Positions 46,274-55,783 of a DNA stretch of 56,412 bases are shown piece by piece. The notes under the pieces are model-generated. The model was not told the origin of the DNA. It saw only the letters and a list, made by a program, of their open reading frames with translations, and did no database searches. The position numbers and the translations under genes were made by a program. Each line of letters begins with the position of its first letter. Position 1 is the first letter of the stretch. The stretch is from Gemmatimonadota bacterium (GTDB lineage: Bacteria; Latescibacterota; UBA2968; UBA8231), in NCBI GenBank assembly GCA_038153405.1, contig JAYOYH010000030.1, forward strand, positions 1-56,412, read 5' to 3'.

Positions 46274-46939
46274 GTGAGCAGCGCCGAGCGCATTGCCCTC
46301 TTTGACGCCGATGGGCACATCGTCGGCGCCGACGAGCGCGCCAACGCATACGCGCGCGGCGAGCGCGTTGGCCTGGTCTTTGTCTGGGCGATATGGACCG
46401 ATGCCGCGGGGGCAGGGCAAATGCTCTTGCAAACGCGCGGACGGGGCGGGGATCCCTATCTGGGCAGCCTAGACGCTGCCGCCGGAGGGCACATCGGAGA
46501 AGGTGAACAACCCGACCAAGCTGCCGTGCGCGAATTCTCCGAAGAAGTGGGCATCGCATTGCGGCGCGACGAACTGGTGTACTTGGGCCGCTGTGCACTG
46601 GAAGACACGCGCGCGGGCACGTCGCGCCGCGCCGTGCAGTTCTTCTACGCATGCACGCGCCCAATCGGCCTAGAAGAGACCGTTTTTAGCGAAGAAGTAA
46701 GCGCCTTCGTCCAGGTTGCGCTGGACGATTTTACCGCGCTAGCAGACGGCAGCGCAGCGAAAATCGCCGGCATCGCGCGCCAATCATCAACCGCCGATCA
46801 CACGCAACCAGTCGCCATAACAAGCACCGCTTTTGCTGCCTATTCCGCCCCCATCATGGACGCGATACGCCGTTCGGCGCGCGCGCTGCGCCACCTGCTC
46901 GATCACGGCGCTGCCGACTATTCCATCTGGCAGCGCTGA
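46274..46939 (+). CDS. NUDIX hydrolase (IDI-like)
   Basis: LLQTR, Nudix box GGHIGEGEQPDQAAVREFSEEVG; GTG start inferred. Confidence 0.82.
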   Translation: MSSAERIALFDADGHIVGADERANAYARGERVGLVFVWAIWTDAAGAGQMLLQTRGRGGDPYLGSLDAAAGGHIGEGEQPDQAAVREFSEEVGIALRRDELVYLGRCALEDTRAGTSRRAVQFFYACTRPIGLEETVFSEEVSAFVQVALDDFTALADGSAAKIAGIARQSSTADHTQPVAITSTAFAAYSAPIMDAIRRSARALRHLLDHGAADYSIWQR

Positions 46940-46952
46940 GCTTACTGACCCT

Positions 46953-48380
46953 TCAGCACGCCCCGTGCGTAGCCGCTATGTACTGCTCTAACGTTCGCCG
47001 CGCAGCGCCGCTATCGAGGGCACCGCGCGCCTGCTCGACGCCCTCGTGCAGGCTGTGGCAAAAGCCCAAATAGTAGTCGACAGCCCCTGCGCTGAGCGCA
47101 ATGCGATCGTAGGCCGGTCCCTTTGCACCGCCGAGCGCTGCCATCCCCTCGCGTGCAAAGGCGGCAGCGCTGGCCTCCTCGGCACGTGGACTCTGCTCGT
47201 ACACCATACCAACATCGCGCGGCTGTACGTCCTCGGCCCAGCTCTGTTTACCACAAAATCCTTCCGTGTAGTTAATCGCTTTGCGTTCGGCATCCGATGG
47301 CTTGCCCAGGCGCAGACCGTAGTGCGTGCTGCCCTCTTCGCCTTTTATCGCCAATCCCGCATCGCAGCCGCGCGCGCGCAGCATATCGAGCAATTTGCCT
47401 TCATAGCCGCTGTGATAAAAGCCGAGTACTGCGCAGTTGCGCCCGCTACAGCGATAGAGCTGCTGCGCCTTCTCCGTCGTCGCCCACGGTGGCCGCTTTT
47501 GGATGTGCGCGCGCAGTGCGCGCAGCGCATAGGCACCCGGCGCATACTCGCGCTGACTCACATAGACCATGCCGAGCGCTTCCAACAGATCGACACCTGT
47601 TCTCAGCGACAGGTCTGCACGCGCGCCCAGTGCGCGCAAGATCTGCTCTTCGGTCACGCCCTCTTTCGGCGGCATGTAGTCCACGCCGTGCAGCACAGTG
47701 GGGCGTCCCCGCGCAGCGCGCACAGCGGCGACAAAGAGCGTCGGGCGAAAGTAGCGCAGGGCCCCGTCAAAGGGCTGGCCAAAGTGCGTCAGCGACGGCG
47801 CATTTACGCTCAGCACCTCTTCTGCCGGCAGAACGGAATCTAGGTAGGCGCGCACTTCTCCGTCGTCTTCTACGTTCATGCGCTGACCGATGAGAAAAGC
47901 CGCCGCCCATTCGGCGCGCACGCTGCCGTCCAAGATATCGCGCAGCGCGCAGCGCGTTTGCTCATAGCTCAAATGGCGCCCCTGCAGCACATGGCCCAAA
48001 GCGTCTACTACGCGCTCTTCGCCAGCGGCAACCACCAAATCACCGCTGCCGTCAAAGACAAAGCGCAGCGATGGCGGCATATCCGCGAGTTCGCATTGGG
48101 CACGGCCAAATGCCGCGCATTCGACGTCCGACCAGCCGGTCTTCTGACCAAACGTGCGCCGTATGCGCATCCCCGCAAAGAACGCGCCCATCTGCGCGCG
48201 AGAAACGCGTTCTTCGTCTGCTCCTGTCGCACGCAGCGACTGAAAGATGAGTTGCAAAATGCGTTCGGGCTGCGGATCGTCTGCGCTTCTGCCGAGCGGC
48301 CGACTCAGGTGCGGCCCCGTGCACACGCGCGCTAGCGCTTCTAATACTTCTCGGTTGGGACTGCCCAATTGGTGCACCAT
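46953..48380 (-). CDS. Anthranilate phosphoribosyltransferase-like protein (glycosyltransferase family 3, YbiB/TrpD2-like)
   Basis: GAFFAGMRIR and AAFLIGQRMN helical motifs, PFDG..R, LHG..MPPK.GVT, GFYH, KGEEG; GAGGAG RBS with ATG at 48380. Confidence 0.78.
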   Translation of the reverse strand: MVHQLGSPNREVLEALARVCTGPHLSRPLGRSADDPQPERILQLIFQSLRATGADEERVSRAQMGAFFAGMRIRRTFGQKTGWSDVECAAFGRAQCELADMPPSLRFVFDGSGDLVVAAGEERVVDALGHVLQGRHLSYEQTRCALRDILDGSVRAEWAAAFLIGQRMNVEDDGEVRAYLDSVLPAEEVLSVNAPSLTHFGQPFDGALRYFRPTLFVAAVRAARGRPTVLHGVDYMPPKEGVTEEQILRALGARADLSLRTGVDLLEALGMVYVSQREYAPGAYALRALRAHIQKRPPWATTEKAQQLYRCSGRNCAVLGFYHSGYEGKLLDMLRARGCDAGLAIKGEEGSTHYGLRLGKPSDAERKAINYTEGFCGKQSWAEDVQPRDVGMVYEQSPRAEEASAAAFAREGMAALGGAKGPAYDRIALSAGAVDYYLGFCHSLHEGVEQARGALDSGAARRTLEQYIAATHGAC

Positions 48381-48767
48381 AACCAAAATATCTCCTCGTT
48401 TCACACGCACACGCCGCAAGGAAAAAGCGGCTGCCACCGACCGCACTGTTTCGCACGGACCCATATCGACCCTATGCTCTGTGTCTATGCACGACAAAGA
48501 ACGGCTCTACCAACGCCTCATTCAAATCGCCGGCAAAGCGATGTGCACGACAAAGACCGGGGCAGCTCCTCCGATTTAGGCGCGATCCCGACGCGCACTT
48601 GCTAAAGGCCTTGGGCGATAAACTCGTAGGCGACCTAGCGCATTTTCGCCGCCAAGCGTTGATCGCTGTCATCCATCGACGGCCTTCGCTGCGGGTCATC
48701 CAAGCCAAAGCATAGAAGATTCATTATGTGTATATTCTCTGCTGGTACTAATACTTAGGAGATAGCC

Positions 48768-49175
48768 ATGTTCGTACACTCTTTGCTCTTTGCAAGCGTG
48801 CTGCTGATCGGCTGTGGGGCCGAAACACCTCCACCTTCTCTAGTCCATTACGCGAACGCGCAGGAAGCGTTAGCCGACGACGATTTTGTCCGCGCACAGC
48901 AGGCGCTAAGTAAAATGGGAGAAGTGGCCGCAGCGCCGTTAAATACGCTAGCCACTACGGCGAGCCGTAGCGGTGATATCAAGGCGATGCGCACGGCGTT
49001 TAAGGCCCTTTCTACAGAAATCATCAAAAACGATGTGCCCGAAGGGTATGTCTTGGCGTTCTGCCCCATGGCCGACAACGACAAGGGCGCGCACTGGATA
49101 CAAAAAGATGGTCCATCAATTATGAACCCCTACTTTGGTTCTTCCATGCTACACTGTGGCGTATTTAAGGACTGA
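48768..49175 (+). CDS. DUF3347-like lipoprotein (putative metal binding)
   Basis: Lipobox LLIG-C; Y...QEALADDD; FCPMA...GAHW...NPYFGSSMLHCG. Confidence 0.8.
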   Translation: MFVHSLLFASVLLIGCGAETPPPSLVHYANAQEALADDDFVRAQQALSKMGEVAAAPLNTLATTASRSGDIKAMRTAFKALSTEIIKNDVPEGYVLAFCPMADNDKGAHWIQKDGPSIMNPYFGSSMLHCGVFKD

Positions 49176-49183
49176 TCACACCC

Positions 49184-49213
49184 TTGTCACATCTCAAAAT
49201 GGATTGTTAATTT
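49184..49213 (+). promoter_or_regulatory. Putative leaderless extended -10 promoter for the ABC operon
   Basis: TTGTCA-18 nt (ending TGT)-TAATTT-6 nt-ATG (49220); no SD sequence. Confidence 0.5.
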
Positions 49214-49219
49214 TCGTCT

Positions 49220-49954
49220 ATGATTGACGTAGATAATGTCACGCGTCGCTACGGTTCACTCACCGCCGTAGACCGCGTCAGCTTCGGTATCAAAACCGAT
49301 GAAATCGTCGGCTTTGTCGGCCCTAATGGCGCTGGTAAAAGCACGATGCTCAAGATGCTGTCGACCTTTCTCCTGCCTACGGAAGGCCGCATTACAGTAG
49401 ACGGCCTTGACGCCGTCGAGCACCCGTTGGCCGTGCGCCGACGCATGGGCTATCTCTCCGGCGACACGCCGCTCTATCGCGAAATGCGCGTCGACAAATT
49501 CCTCCGCTTTATCGGCCGCGCACGCGGACTGGAAGGCGATGAGCTCGAGAGGGGGTTTGACTGGGCCGTCGACGTGTGCAGGCTACACAATGTGCTGCTG
49601 CAGCGCGTCGACGAATGCTCCACGGGTTTTCGTCAGCGCATCGGACTGGCTACCGCCCTCATCCACGACCCGCCGATACTGCTGCTCGACGAGCCCACAC
49701 ACGGCTTTGACCCAATGCAGGTCATGGCCTTTCGCGACATGCTGATGCGTCTGCGCGCCGAGCGCGCCATCTTGTTTAGCACGCATATTATAGCCGACGT
49801 GGAAGCCGTATCCGATCGCGTGTTAATCATTCATCAGGGCCGCTTGCTGGGAGACGGTCGCATTGCCGACTTAGCCGAGCAAAACGACATTGCCGGAGCC
49901 GGTCTGGAGGCCGTCTTTGCCCATCTCGTGCGCACCACGTCGAACGGAGGCTGA
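49220..49954 (+). CDS. ABC transporter ATP-binding protein (GldA-like)
   Basis: Walker A GPNGAGKST, signature CSTGFRQR, Walker B LLLDEPT.G.DP, STH. Confidence 0.92.
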   Translation: MIDVDNVTRRYGSLTAVDRVSFGIKTDEIVGFVGPNGAGKSTMLKMLSTFLLPTEGRITVDGLDAVEHPLAVRRRMGYLSGDTPLYREMRVDKFLRFIGRARGLEGDELERGFDWAVDVCRLHNVLLQRVDECSTGFRQRIGLATALIHDPPILLLDEPTHGFDPMQVMAFRDMLMRLRAERAILFSTHIIADVEAVSDRVLIIHQGRLLGDGRIADLAEQNDIAGAGLEAVFAHLVRTTSNGG

Positions 49955-49955
49955 A

Positions 49956-50747
49956 ATGAGCGACGTGGAAACCAACGCACTCGAAGAGCGCGACAAACTG
50001 GGAATCGGGCCATTCGCAAAGGGGCTCAACGTCGTCTTTTCGCGCGAATTATCGGCCTACTTCGATTCGCCCATTGCCTATATCTACGCCGCCGTCTTCC
50101 TCGTGCTATCGTGCACGACCTTTATGAATTCCTTTTTTCTCGAAGCCGTAGTCGACATGTCGGCTTACTTCGACGTCTTGCCGTTCCTGCTCATTCCCTT
50201 TATTCCAGCCATTACCATGCGCACCTGGGCCGAAGAGCACGCACAGCATACCTTTGAAATGCTGATGACGCTGCCCCTACATCCCGCCCAAGTCGTGTTG
50301 GGCAAATACGCCGCAGCACTCGCCTTCTACGCCGCGGTGCTATTAGGTAGTCTACCGCTCGTTATCATGCTCGCATTCTTGGGCGAACCCGACCTGGGCG
50401 TAATCGCCACTTCCTATTTGGGCGCCCTATTTCTCGGTGCTTTTTTCCTGTCGTTCGGCCTCTTTGCATCGGGTCTAACGCGCGATCAGATCGTCGCCTT
50501 TGTGCTGGCTACGCTCATCGGCTTTGCCTTTGTCCTATCCGGGCACGAGAAGGTCGTCGAAGTGCTAGATGGGTTGGCGCCAACGCTGCAAGCGGGCACC
50601 TGGCTCTATGAGTCCGTATCGGTGCTGCCGCACTACGAGATCTTTGGCCGCGGCGTCATCGCCTTGGTCGACATCGCCTATTTTGCATTGATGAACAGCT
50701 TCTTCGTCTTTATGAACTACATCAGCCTGCAGAGGACTCGCTATTGA
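49956..50747 (+). CDS. ABC-2 permease (GldF-like)
   Basis: RELSAYFDSPIAY, PAITMRTWAEE...T.E.L.TLP...VVLGKY, T.DQIVAF. Confidence 0.9.
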   Translation: MSDVETNALEERDKLGIGPFAKGLNVVFSRELSAYFDSPIAYIYAAVFLVLSCTTFMNSFFLEAVVDMSAYFDVLPFLLIPFIPAITMRTWAEEHAQHTFEMLMTLPLHPAQVVLGKYAAALAFYAAVLLGSLPLVIMLAFLGEPDLGVIATSYLGALFLGAFFLSFGLFASGLTRDQIVAFVLATLIGFAFVLSGHEKVVEVLDGLAPTLQAGTWLYESVSVLPHYEIFGRGVIALVDIAYFALMNSFFVFMNYISLQRTRY

Positions 50748-53700
50748 AGGGCCGCTTTCTGCTGCAGACGTTCCTGGCCTGTGTGTTGCTGTTGGGTATA
50801 GCAGCCTATGTCGGGCGCATTGTGCGCTTGTCCAACAGTTGGTCTATTGGGCAAGCTGACATAGCACAGCTTAGCAGCGATACGCAGCGCTACCTACAGG
50901 CGCTTACCGAACCGCTGGCCATCACATACTTTGCCACCCGCGCCGAGCGCATGCCCTCGCACCTAAAAGACACCGAGCGCCAGGTGCAGCGCCTGCTCGA
51001 AGCGCTCAAAGAAGCCGCTCCCGACAACATCGATTTTCGCGTCATCGACCCAGATGCCAGCGGCATCGCCGGCATATCCTACGCATCGCGCCGCAAAGCG
51101 TCGTCGTTCAGCGTGCGCCGCGTGCTACACGACGAACAGTCCGAGCAAAAAATTTGGTCTTCGCTCGTGCTCGCTCCAGCCGGTCGACCAGATGTGCTCA
51201 TACAAAGTATTCAAGCACAGCATCTACCGCATCTAGAAGGACTCATCGTAGAGCATCTCAAAGCACAGCAAAATCCGCCGCGCCCGGTATTTGCCGTCGC
51301 AGCGAACGGCCCCTATCGCCTATTGCCGTCCGTTCTAAACGAGCACGGACACGTCATCGAAATCGATCTAGACCAGAGCACCGAAATTCCGCTCGAAGCC
51401 GATGTCCTGTTTTGGGTACAGCCGAGCGTCGTCACGCCGGAGCACGTGCGCAGCCTACAGCGCTTTGTCGAATCGGGGCGCTCAGCCGTGCTGGCCGGCA
51501 GCGCCTACGCCGTCGGCTATGCCATATCAGAAGACGAAGTGCAGTATGTAGCACAGCGCTTTGACAGCGCCTGGAACGACCTGCTTCGCCCCTTTGGTCT
51601 GCGGCCCATTCCCGATCTCTTGCTCGATACAAACAGCGGCGGCGTCAACCTCAATGTTGACGGACAACTGCGCGAAGTCGAAGCACCCTTTCACCTGCGC
51701 ATGCTGCCGGCTTTCTACAACATGAAGGGATTTCGCCTGCCGGCGCGCGGCGGGATTAACTTCGTAGCATCCAGCGCGTTAGAAATCGATCCCAGCCTCG
51801 TCGCCGAAAGCGGTTTTATCGCCGAGCAGCTCGGCACAACCACGGAAAATGCCCGCGTATTGCCGCTGCCCGAGGGGCCATTTAACGATGAGTACCTGCA
51901 GGGCGGCCTCGGCGTACCCAAACGAAACCTGATGGTTCGCTTGAACTCCCAAGACGCGTGGCACGGCGAAGTGTTGGTTCTAGCCAGCGCCGCACCATTT
52001 CAGGACGGCATTATAAACCAGCCGGGCTACGCGCACCGGGTCTTTATCAACAACCTAGCGCGCACCTACGGCGAGACCGAGCGCCTAGTGCGGGGACGCG
52101 TCGACAAGCGTCCGGCACCTCGGCTGGACATGCCCGGCGACGGGCAGCGCCTGCTCTGGCGCTTCTTCACAGTTTTCCTCGTTCCGCTCGTCGCTCTGGG
52201 CATCGGCGCAAAGCGCTATCGCATTTGGCAGCGCTTTGCCCTGCAGCGCTACGTCGACGCACAGCGCCTGCGCTGGCCCGCAATCGGCCTATTGGTATTG
52301 GTAGCAAGCAGCTGGATTTGGTCGGGACCGCGCCAGGTCTACTTCGATATGACGGAGGAAAAGCTCAATACGCCAGCTGCTACGACACTGCGCATGCTGC
52401 AAGAGGGCGCCGCTAAGGTCCAAGCAAGTCTCTATATAAGTCCGCGTGCGACGCTGCCAAGTGCTTTAAAAGAAGTAGAAACGCGCGTAGTCGATCTGCT
52501 GCAGCGCGGCGACATTCCCGTGCGCGTGCAGCGGCCAGAAGGCATGCTGCCCGCCGACATCGCGCGCCTCGGCAATACCGGTATTGGCCCCTTTCCCGTG
52601 GAGCGCGTGCAGTACGATACCATCGCGACCCAGGAGGTGTGGAGTGCGCTGCACCTGCAGCGCGAAAACCGCGAGGTAGGCCTCGTCCGCCTCGACGAGC
52701 GCGCTATGCCTCACTTTGAATTTCTACTCGCAGCCGGCTTGCACCAGTTGCGGGAGGCGCGGGTGCCGCGCATCGCCGTTATTTCCGACCTGCCCCGCCT
52801 ATCGCCAGCCGAAGCGCTGGAAGACTTCCACAAGAAGGGCCTGATACCACCGGGCGGAGCCGATGTCTACAGTCAGCTGAAAGAGCTGCTGGCAAGCCAC
52901 CTATATGACGTGCGGCACATCAATCCCAAAGACCCTACCCTGCCGCCGCAAAGCGACGTGCTGCTCTGGTTGCAGCCCCGGCGCGACGCCAGCGCGGTAA
53001 TTGCCTTGTTGAGTGAGCATCTGCAGCGCGGCGGCCGTGCCATTGTCGCTCTGCAACACTTTAACATTCAGCAGCGACAGTACCGCGGCAACGGATTTCA
53101 GACAGTCTACTGGCCGCAGCCACAGTTCCAAGACTTCGACCGCTTCAGTCGACTGTTTGGCGTCGAGCAAGTGCGCGAAGTGCTCTTTGACCGCACGCAG
53201 TCGCACCTCGACTTAGAGACACAGGTTAACCGCACCGGCGTGCGCGAATACGATGCGCAGCAGGTGGCCCTGCCCTTTCTCATTCGCGCCGTAGCCGCCA
53301 ATTACGCGCGGCAGACTGCGCTGACGCGCCATCTGGGCGACCTGCTATTTATATGGGGAAATCGCTTTGCTCTCGACGGCGAACGCCTCGCCGAGCTAGC
53401 CATTGATGCTCAGGTCGTCGTGGCCACTTCCGATCGCAGTTGGGTCTATCCGTGGAGCGGTGGATGGCTGCCACCCGACGTTTTTTCCAGCACCGACTAC
53501 CTACCCGGACGCCAGCCTCTGGCCGTGCTGCTAAAAGGCCGCTTTGACCGCGCCGATTTGATTAAAGACGAAAGCGGCAACACGGATCTGATCTTGACGG
53601 ACAAAGCGCAGGACGAGGGACAGCTGCTGCTGATTGGATCGTCGGAGATGTTCAAAAACGAATACCTCTACGCAGAAGGGTTCCAACACGATCAGTTCCT

Positions 53701-53896
53701 GCTCAACGCAGCGGCACAGATGGCCTACGGCGAAGAGCTGGCTGAGCTACAGGCGCGGCGGCCCGTTTCGCGCGGCTTTGCCTTCCAGAGCGCGCAGGAC
53801 AAAAGCCTGTGGCGCGCCTTTGCCATCGGTCTAGCACCAATGCTCTTTGCCGTCTACGGCGCCCTGCGCCTGCGCCGGCTGCGAGGTGGTTCATGA
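50744..53896 (+). CDS. GldG-like ABC auxiliary protein with two tandem GldG units
   Basis: 1050 aa; each half has TM(s), a thioredoxin-like N-part and a Gld/IFT52-like domain (ADVLFWVQP / SDVLLWLQP; LLRPFGL / FSRLFGV; FINNLA..YG / FLLNAA..MAYG; LWRFF / LWRAF). Confidence 0.8.
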   Translation: MKGRFLLQTFLACVLLLGIAAYVGRIVRLSNSWSIGQADIAQLSSDTQRYLQALTEPLAITYFATRAERMPSHLKDTERQVQRLLEALKEAAPDNIDFRVIDPDASGIAGISYASRRKASSFSVRRVLHDEQSEQKIWSSLVLAPAGRPDVLIQSIQAQHLPHLEGLIVEHLKAQQNPPRPVFAVAANGPYRLLPSVLNEHGHVIEIDLDQSTEIPLEADVLFWVQPSVVTPEHVRSLQRFVESGRSAVLAGSAYAVGYAISEDEVQYVAQRFDSAWNDLLRPFGLRPIPDLLLDTNSGGVNLNVDGQLREVEAPFHLRMLPAFYNMKGFRLPARGGINFVASSALEIDPSLVAESGFIAEQLGTTTENARVLPLPEGPFNDEYLQGGLGVPKRNLMVRLNSQDAWHGEVLVLASAAPFQDGIINQPGYAHRVFINNLARTYGETERLVRGRVDKRPAPRLDMPGDGQRLLWRFFTVFLVPLVALGIGAKRYRIWQRFALQRYVDAQRLRWPAIGLLVLVASSWIWSGPRQVYFDMTEEKLNTPAATTLRMLQEGAAKVQASLYISPRATLPSALKEVETRVVDLLQRGDIPVRVQRPEGMLPADIARLGNTGIGPFPVERVQYDTIATQEVWSALHLQRENREVGLVRLDERAMPHFEFLLAAGLHQLREARVPRIAVISDLPRLSPAEALEDFHKKGLIPPGGADVYSQLKELLASHLYDVRHINPKDPTLPPQSDVLLWLQPRRDASAVIALLSEHLQRGGRAIVALQHFNIQQRQYRGNGFQTVYWPQPQFQDFDRFSRLFGVEQVREVLFDRTQSHLDLETQVNRTGVREYDAQQVALPFLIRAVAANYARQTALTRHLGDLLFIWGNRFALDGERLAELAIDAQVVVATSDRSWVYPWSGGWLPPDVFSSTDYLPGRQPLAVLLKGRFDRADLIKDESGNTDLILTDKAQDEGQLLLIGSSEMFKNEYLYAEGFQHDQFLLNAAAQMAYGEELAELQARRPVSRGFAFQSAQDKSLWRAFAIGLAPMLFAVYGALRLRRLRGGS

Positions 53897-54921
53897 CGCG
53901 CCTGCTAACCACGCTCGCCGGCCTCTTTGCCGTACTCGTGCTGCTCGAGCACTACGCGGTCGAGCGCGAAGCCGCACGCGAAGCACTGTACGGCACGCTG
54001 CGTCCGCTGGCCTCCGTTGCGGAAGGGGATGTCGCGCAGATCGTAGCACAGGCCGGCAACGGCCGCACCTGGCGCTATGTGCGCGTCGATTCCAGCTGGC
54101 GCTACCCAGACTATCACTACGCCTTTGTCCAGCCGCAGCGCATCGAGCATCTGCTCAACAGCCTATTGCAAGCCGCATCGAGCATCGCTTCCGTCGAGGG
54201 CGGCGACCTACCACACTATGGCTTTATGGCCAACAGCCCACTGCTGACTCTGCTCGATGCCCAGGGAACGCCCCTGCTCACCGCTCGCCTAGGGCGTGGG
54301 GCGCCCGATGTGCGCGCGAGCGAATCCTATGTGCAGCTCGCCGGAGCCGATACCATCTATCACCTGCATGCCAATCCTGCACACGCATTTGACGGCGGCG
54401 ATCCGCCCATGCTAGACCGCCGCATTCGCCCGCGTGCGCTGCAGAGCAGAGCCGTCGATCGCATTTCCTTTAGCCAGCCCTCACCCATTCGCTCGCTCTA
54501 CCGCGAGGAGCGCGAGGCGGCCATGCCCGAAATGCCCGGCGCGCCGCCGAGCGGGCCGACGTATGCTTGGATCGGCGAGTTTGCCGATGGCGCGCGCGAG
54601 TGCGTCGCGCCCAGCGCCTACGCCTACATCGGTTTCCTCGATAGACTTACATGGTCGGAGCTGCGCGATCCCGCTGCGCAAGCCCAGGCCTTTAACGAAG
54701 CGCGCGCGCTGTATATTGCTGCTGAAGAGGGGTCGGTCGATACGCTGGAAATAAGCTCCCTCGTCGACGGAGTATACCTACTGCGCTACCGCACGACGGG
54801 GCAGGTCTTTGCCATACCCGGCGACAAGGCAGACCTGCTCTTTCCCACTCCATCAGCCTTGTTGGATAGCCTGGCAAGACCCAACCCCTACGAACAGGTT
54901 GAACCGTATACGCCCTTCTAA
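53893..54921 (+). CDS. DUF4340-like membrane-anchored protein
   Basis: N-terminal TM, W..., LL..L..., YG...P, LG...YV...IY pattern; typical position after GldG; ATGA overlap. Confidence 0.7.
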   Translation: MTRLLTTLAGLFAVLVLLEHYAVEREAAREALYGTLRPLASVAEGDVAQIVAQAGNGRTWRYVRVDSSWRYPDYHYAFVQPQRIEHLLNSLLQAASSIASVEGGDLPHYGFMANSPLLTLLDAQGTPLLTARLGRGAPDVRASESYVQLAGADTIYHLHANPAHAFDGGDPPMLDRRIRPRALQSRAVDRISFSQPSPIRSLYREEREAAMPEMPGAPPSGPTYAWIGEFADGARECVAPSAYAYIGFLDRLTWSELRDPAAQAQAFNEARALYIAAEEGSVDTLEISSLVDGVYLLRYRTTGQVFAIPGDKADLLFPTPSALLDSLARPNPYEQVEPYTPF

Positions 54922-54936
54922 CTCCACGAGGCGCCT

Positions 54937-55782
54937 ATGATCATCGACGTCCACAGCCATGCGTGGCAATTCCCCGACCACTTCGACGAGCGGTTTCGCC
55001 AACAGGCCCGCGATGTAGCCCGCGCCGATTGCGAGCTCGACTTGAGCGTGACCTACGAAGCCTATCGCGCCGGCGCCCAAACCACCGACAAGACCATTGT
55101 TTTTGGCGGCAAAGCGCGGCTATCCGGCGTGTGGGTAGACGACGCCTACGTCGCCGCCTACGTCAACGCACATCCCGACCGGCTCATCGGCTTTCTCTCC
55201 GTAGATCCGACACAGGACGGCTGGCAGGAAGAAATGCGCTATGGCCACCAGGAGCTGGGTCTAAAGGGCATCAAGCTGCTTTCTATGTATGCGGGATTCT
55301 ATCCGCACGACGAGGCCCTCGATCCACTGTGGGCCTACGCCAGCGCGCACCAACTGCCCGTTCTCTTGCACACCGGCACGACCTTTGTCGCCCAGGCCCC
55401 CATAGACTGCACGCTGCCGCGCCATCTCGACCCAGTGGCGACAAAATTCCCTGACGTAAAAATTATTATGGCCCATTTGAGCCATCCCTACGAGGGCGAG
55501 TGCGTTGCCGTTATCCGTAAACACCCCAACGTCTACGCCGACGTCAGCGCGCTGCACTACCGGCCGTTTCAGTTTTATAACAGCCTGATGCTAGTGCAGG
55601 AATACGGCGTTTGGCACAAGCTGCTCTTTGGCAGCGACTATCCCTTTACGACGATCGATGCTTCTATAGACGGCATTCGCTCGCTCAACGACATGCTGGC
55701 GGGAACGGCCCTGCCGCGCTTAGACACGAGTGAAATAGAAGCACTGATCCATCGCGATAGCTTGAATATTCTCGGACTGTAG
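54937..55782 (+). CDS. Amidohydrolase_2 family metal-dependent hydrolase
   Basis: IIDVHSH, GIKL, LHTG, MAHLSHP, VYADVS, LFGSDYP. Confidence 0.92.
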   Translation: MIIDVHSHAWQFPDHFDERFRQQARDVARADCELDLSVTYEAYRAGAQTTDKTIVFGGKARLSGVWVDDAYVAAYVNAHPDRLIGFLSVDPTQDGWQEEMRYGHQELGLKGIKLLSMYAGFYPHDEALDPLWAYASAHQLPVLLHTGTTFVAQAPIDCTLPRHLDPVATKFPDVKIIMAHLSHPYEGECVAVIRKHPNVYADVSALHYRPFQFYNSLMLVQEYGVWHKLLFGSDYPFTTIDASIDGIRSLNDMLAGTALPRLDTSEIEALIHRDSLNILGL

Positions 55783-55783
55783 G

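Noticed and set aside
46953..48380. Functional trpD
   Set aside because: Lacks the GTGGD/KHGN motifs and has no trp genes nearby
48381..48767. Possible decayed gene on the minus strand (MDDSDQRLAAKMR*VAYEFIAQGL*...)
   Set aside because: No recognisable family; cannot be supported without a search
49220..53896. Evidence of gliding motility
   Set aside because: GldAFG-like transporters are widespread in non-gliding bacteria, and no motor genes are present in the window
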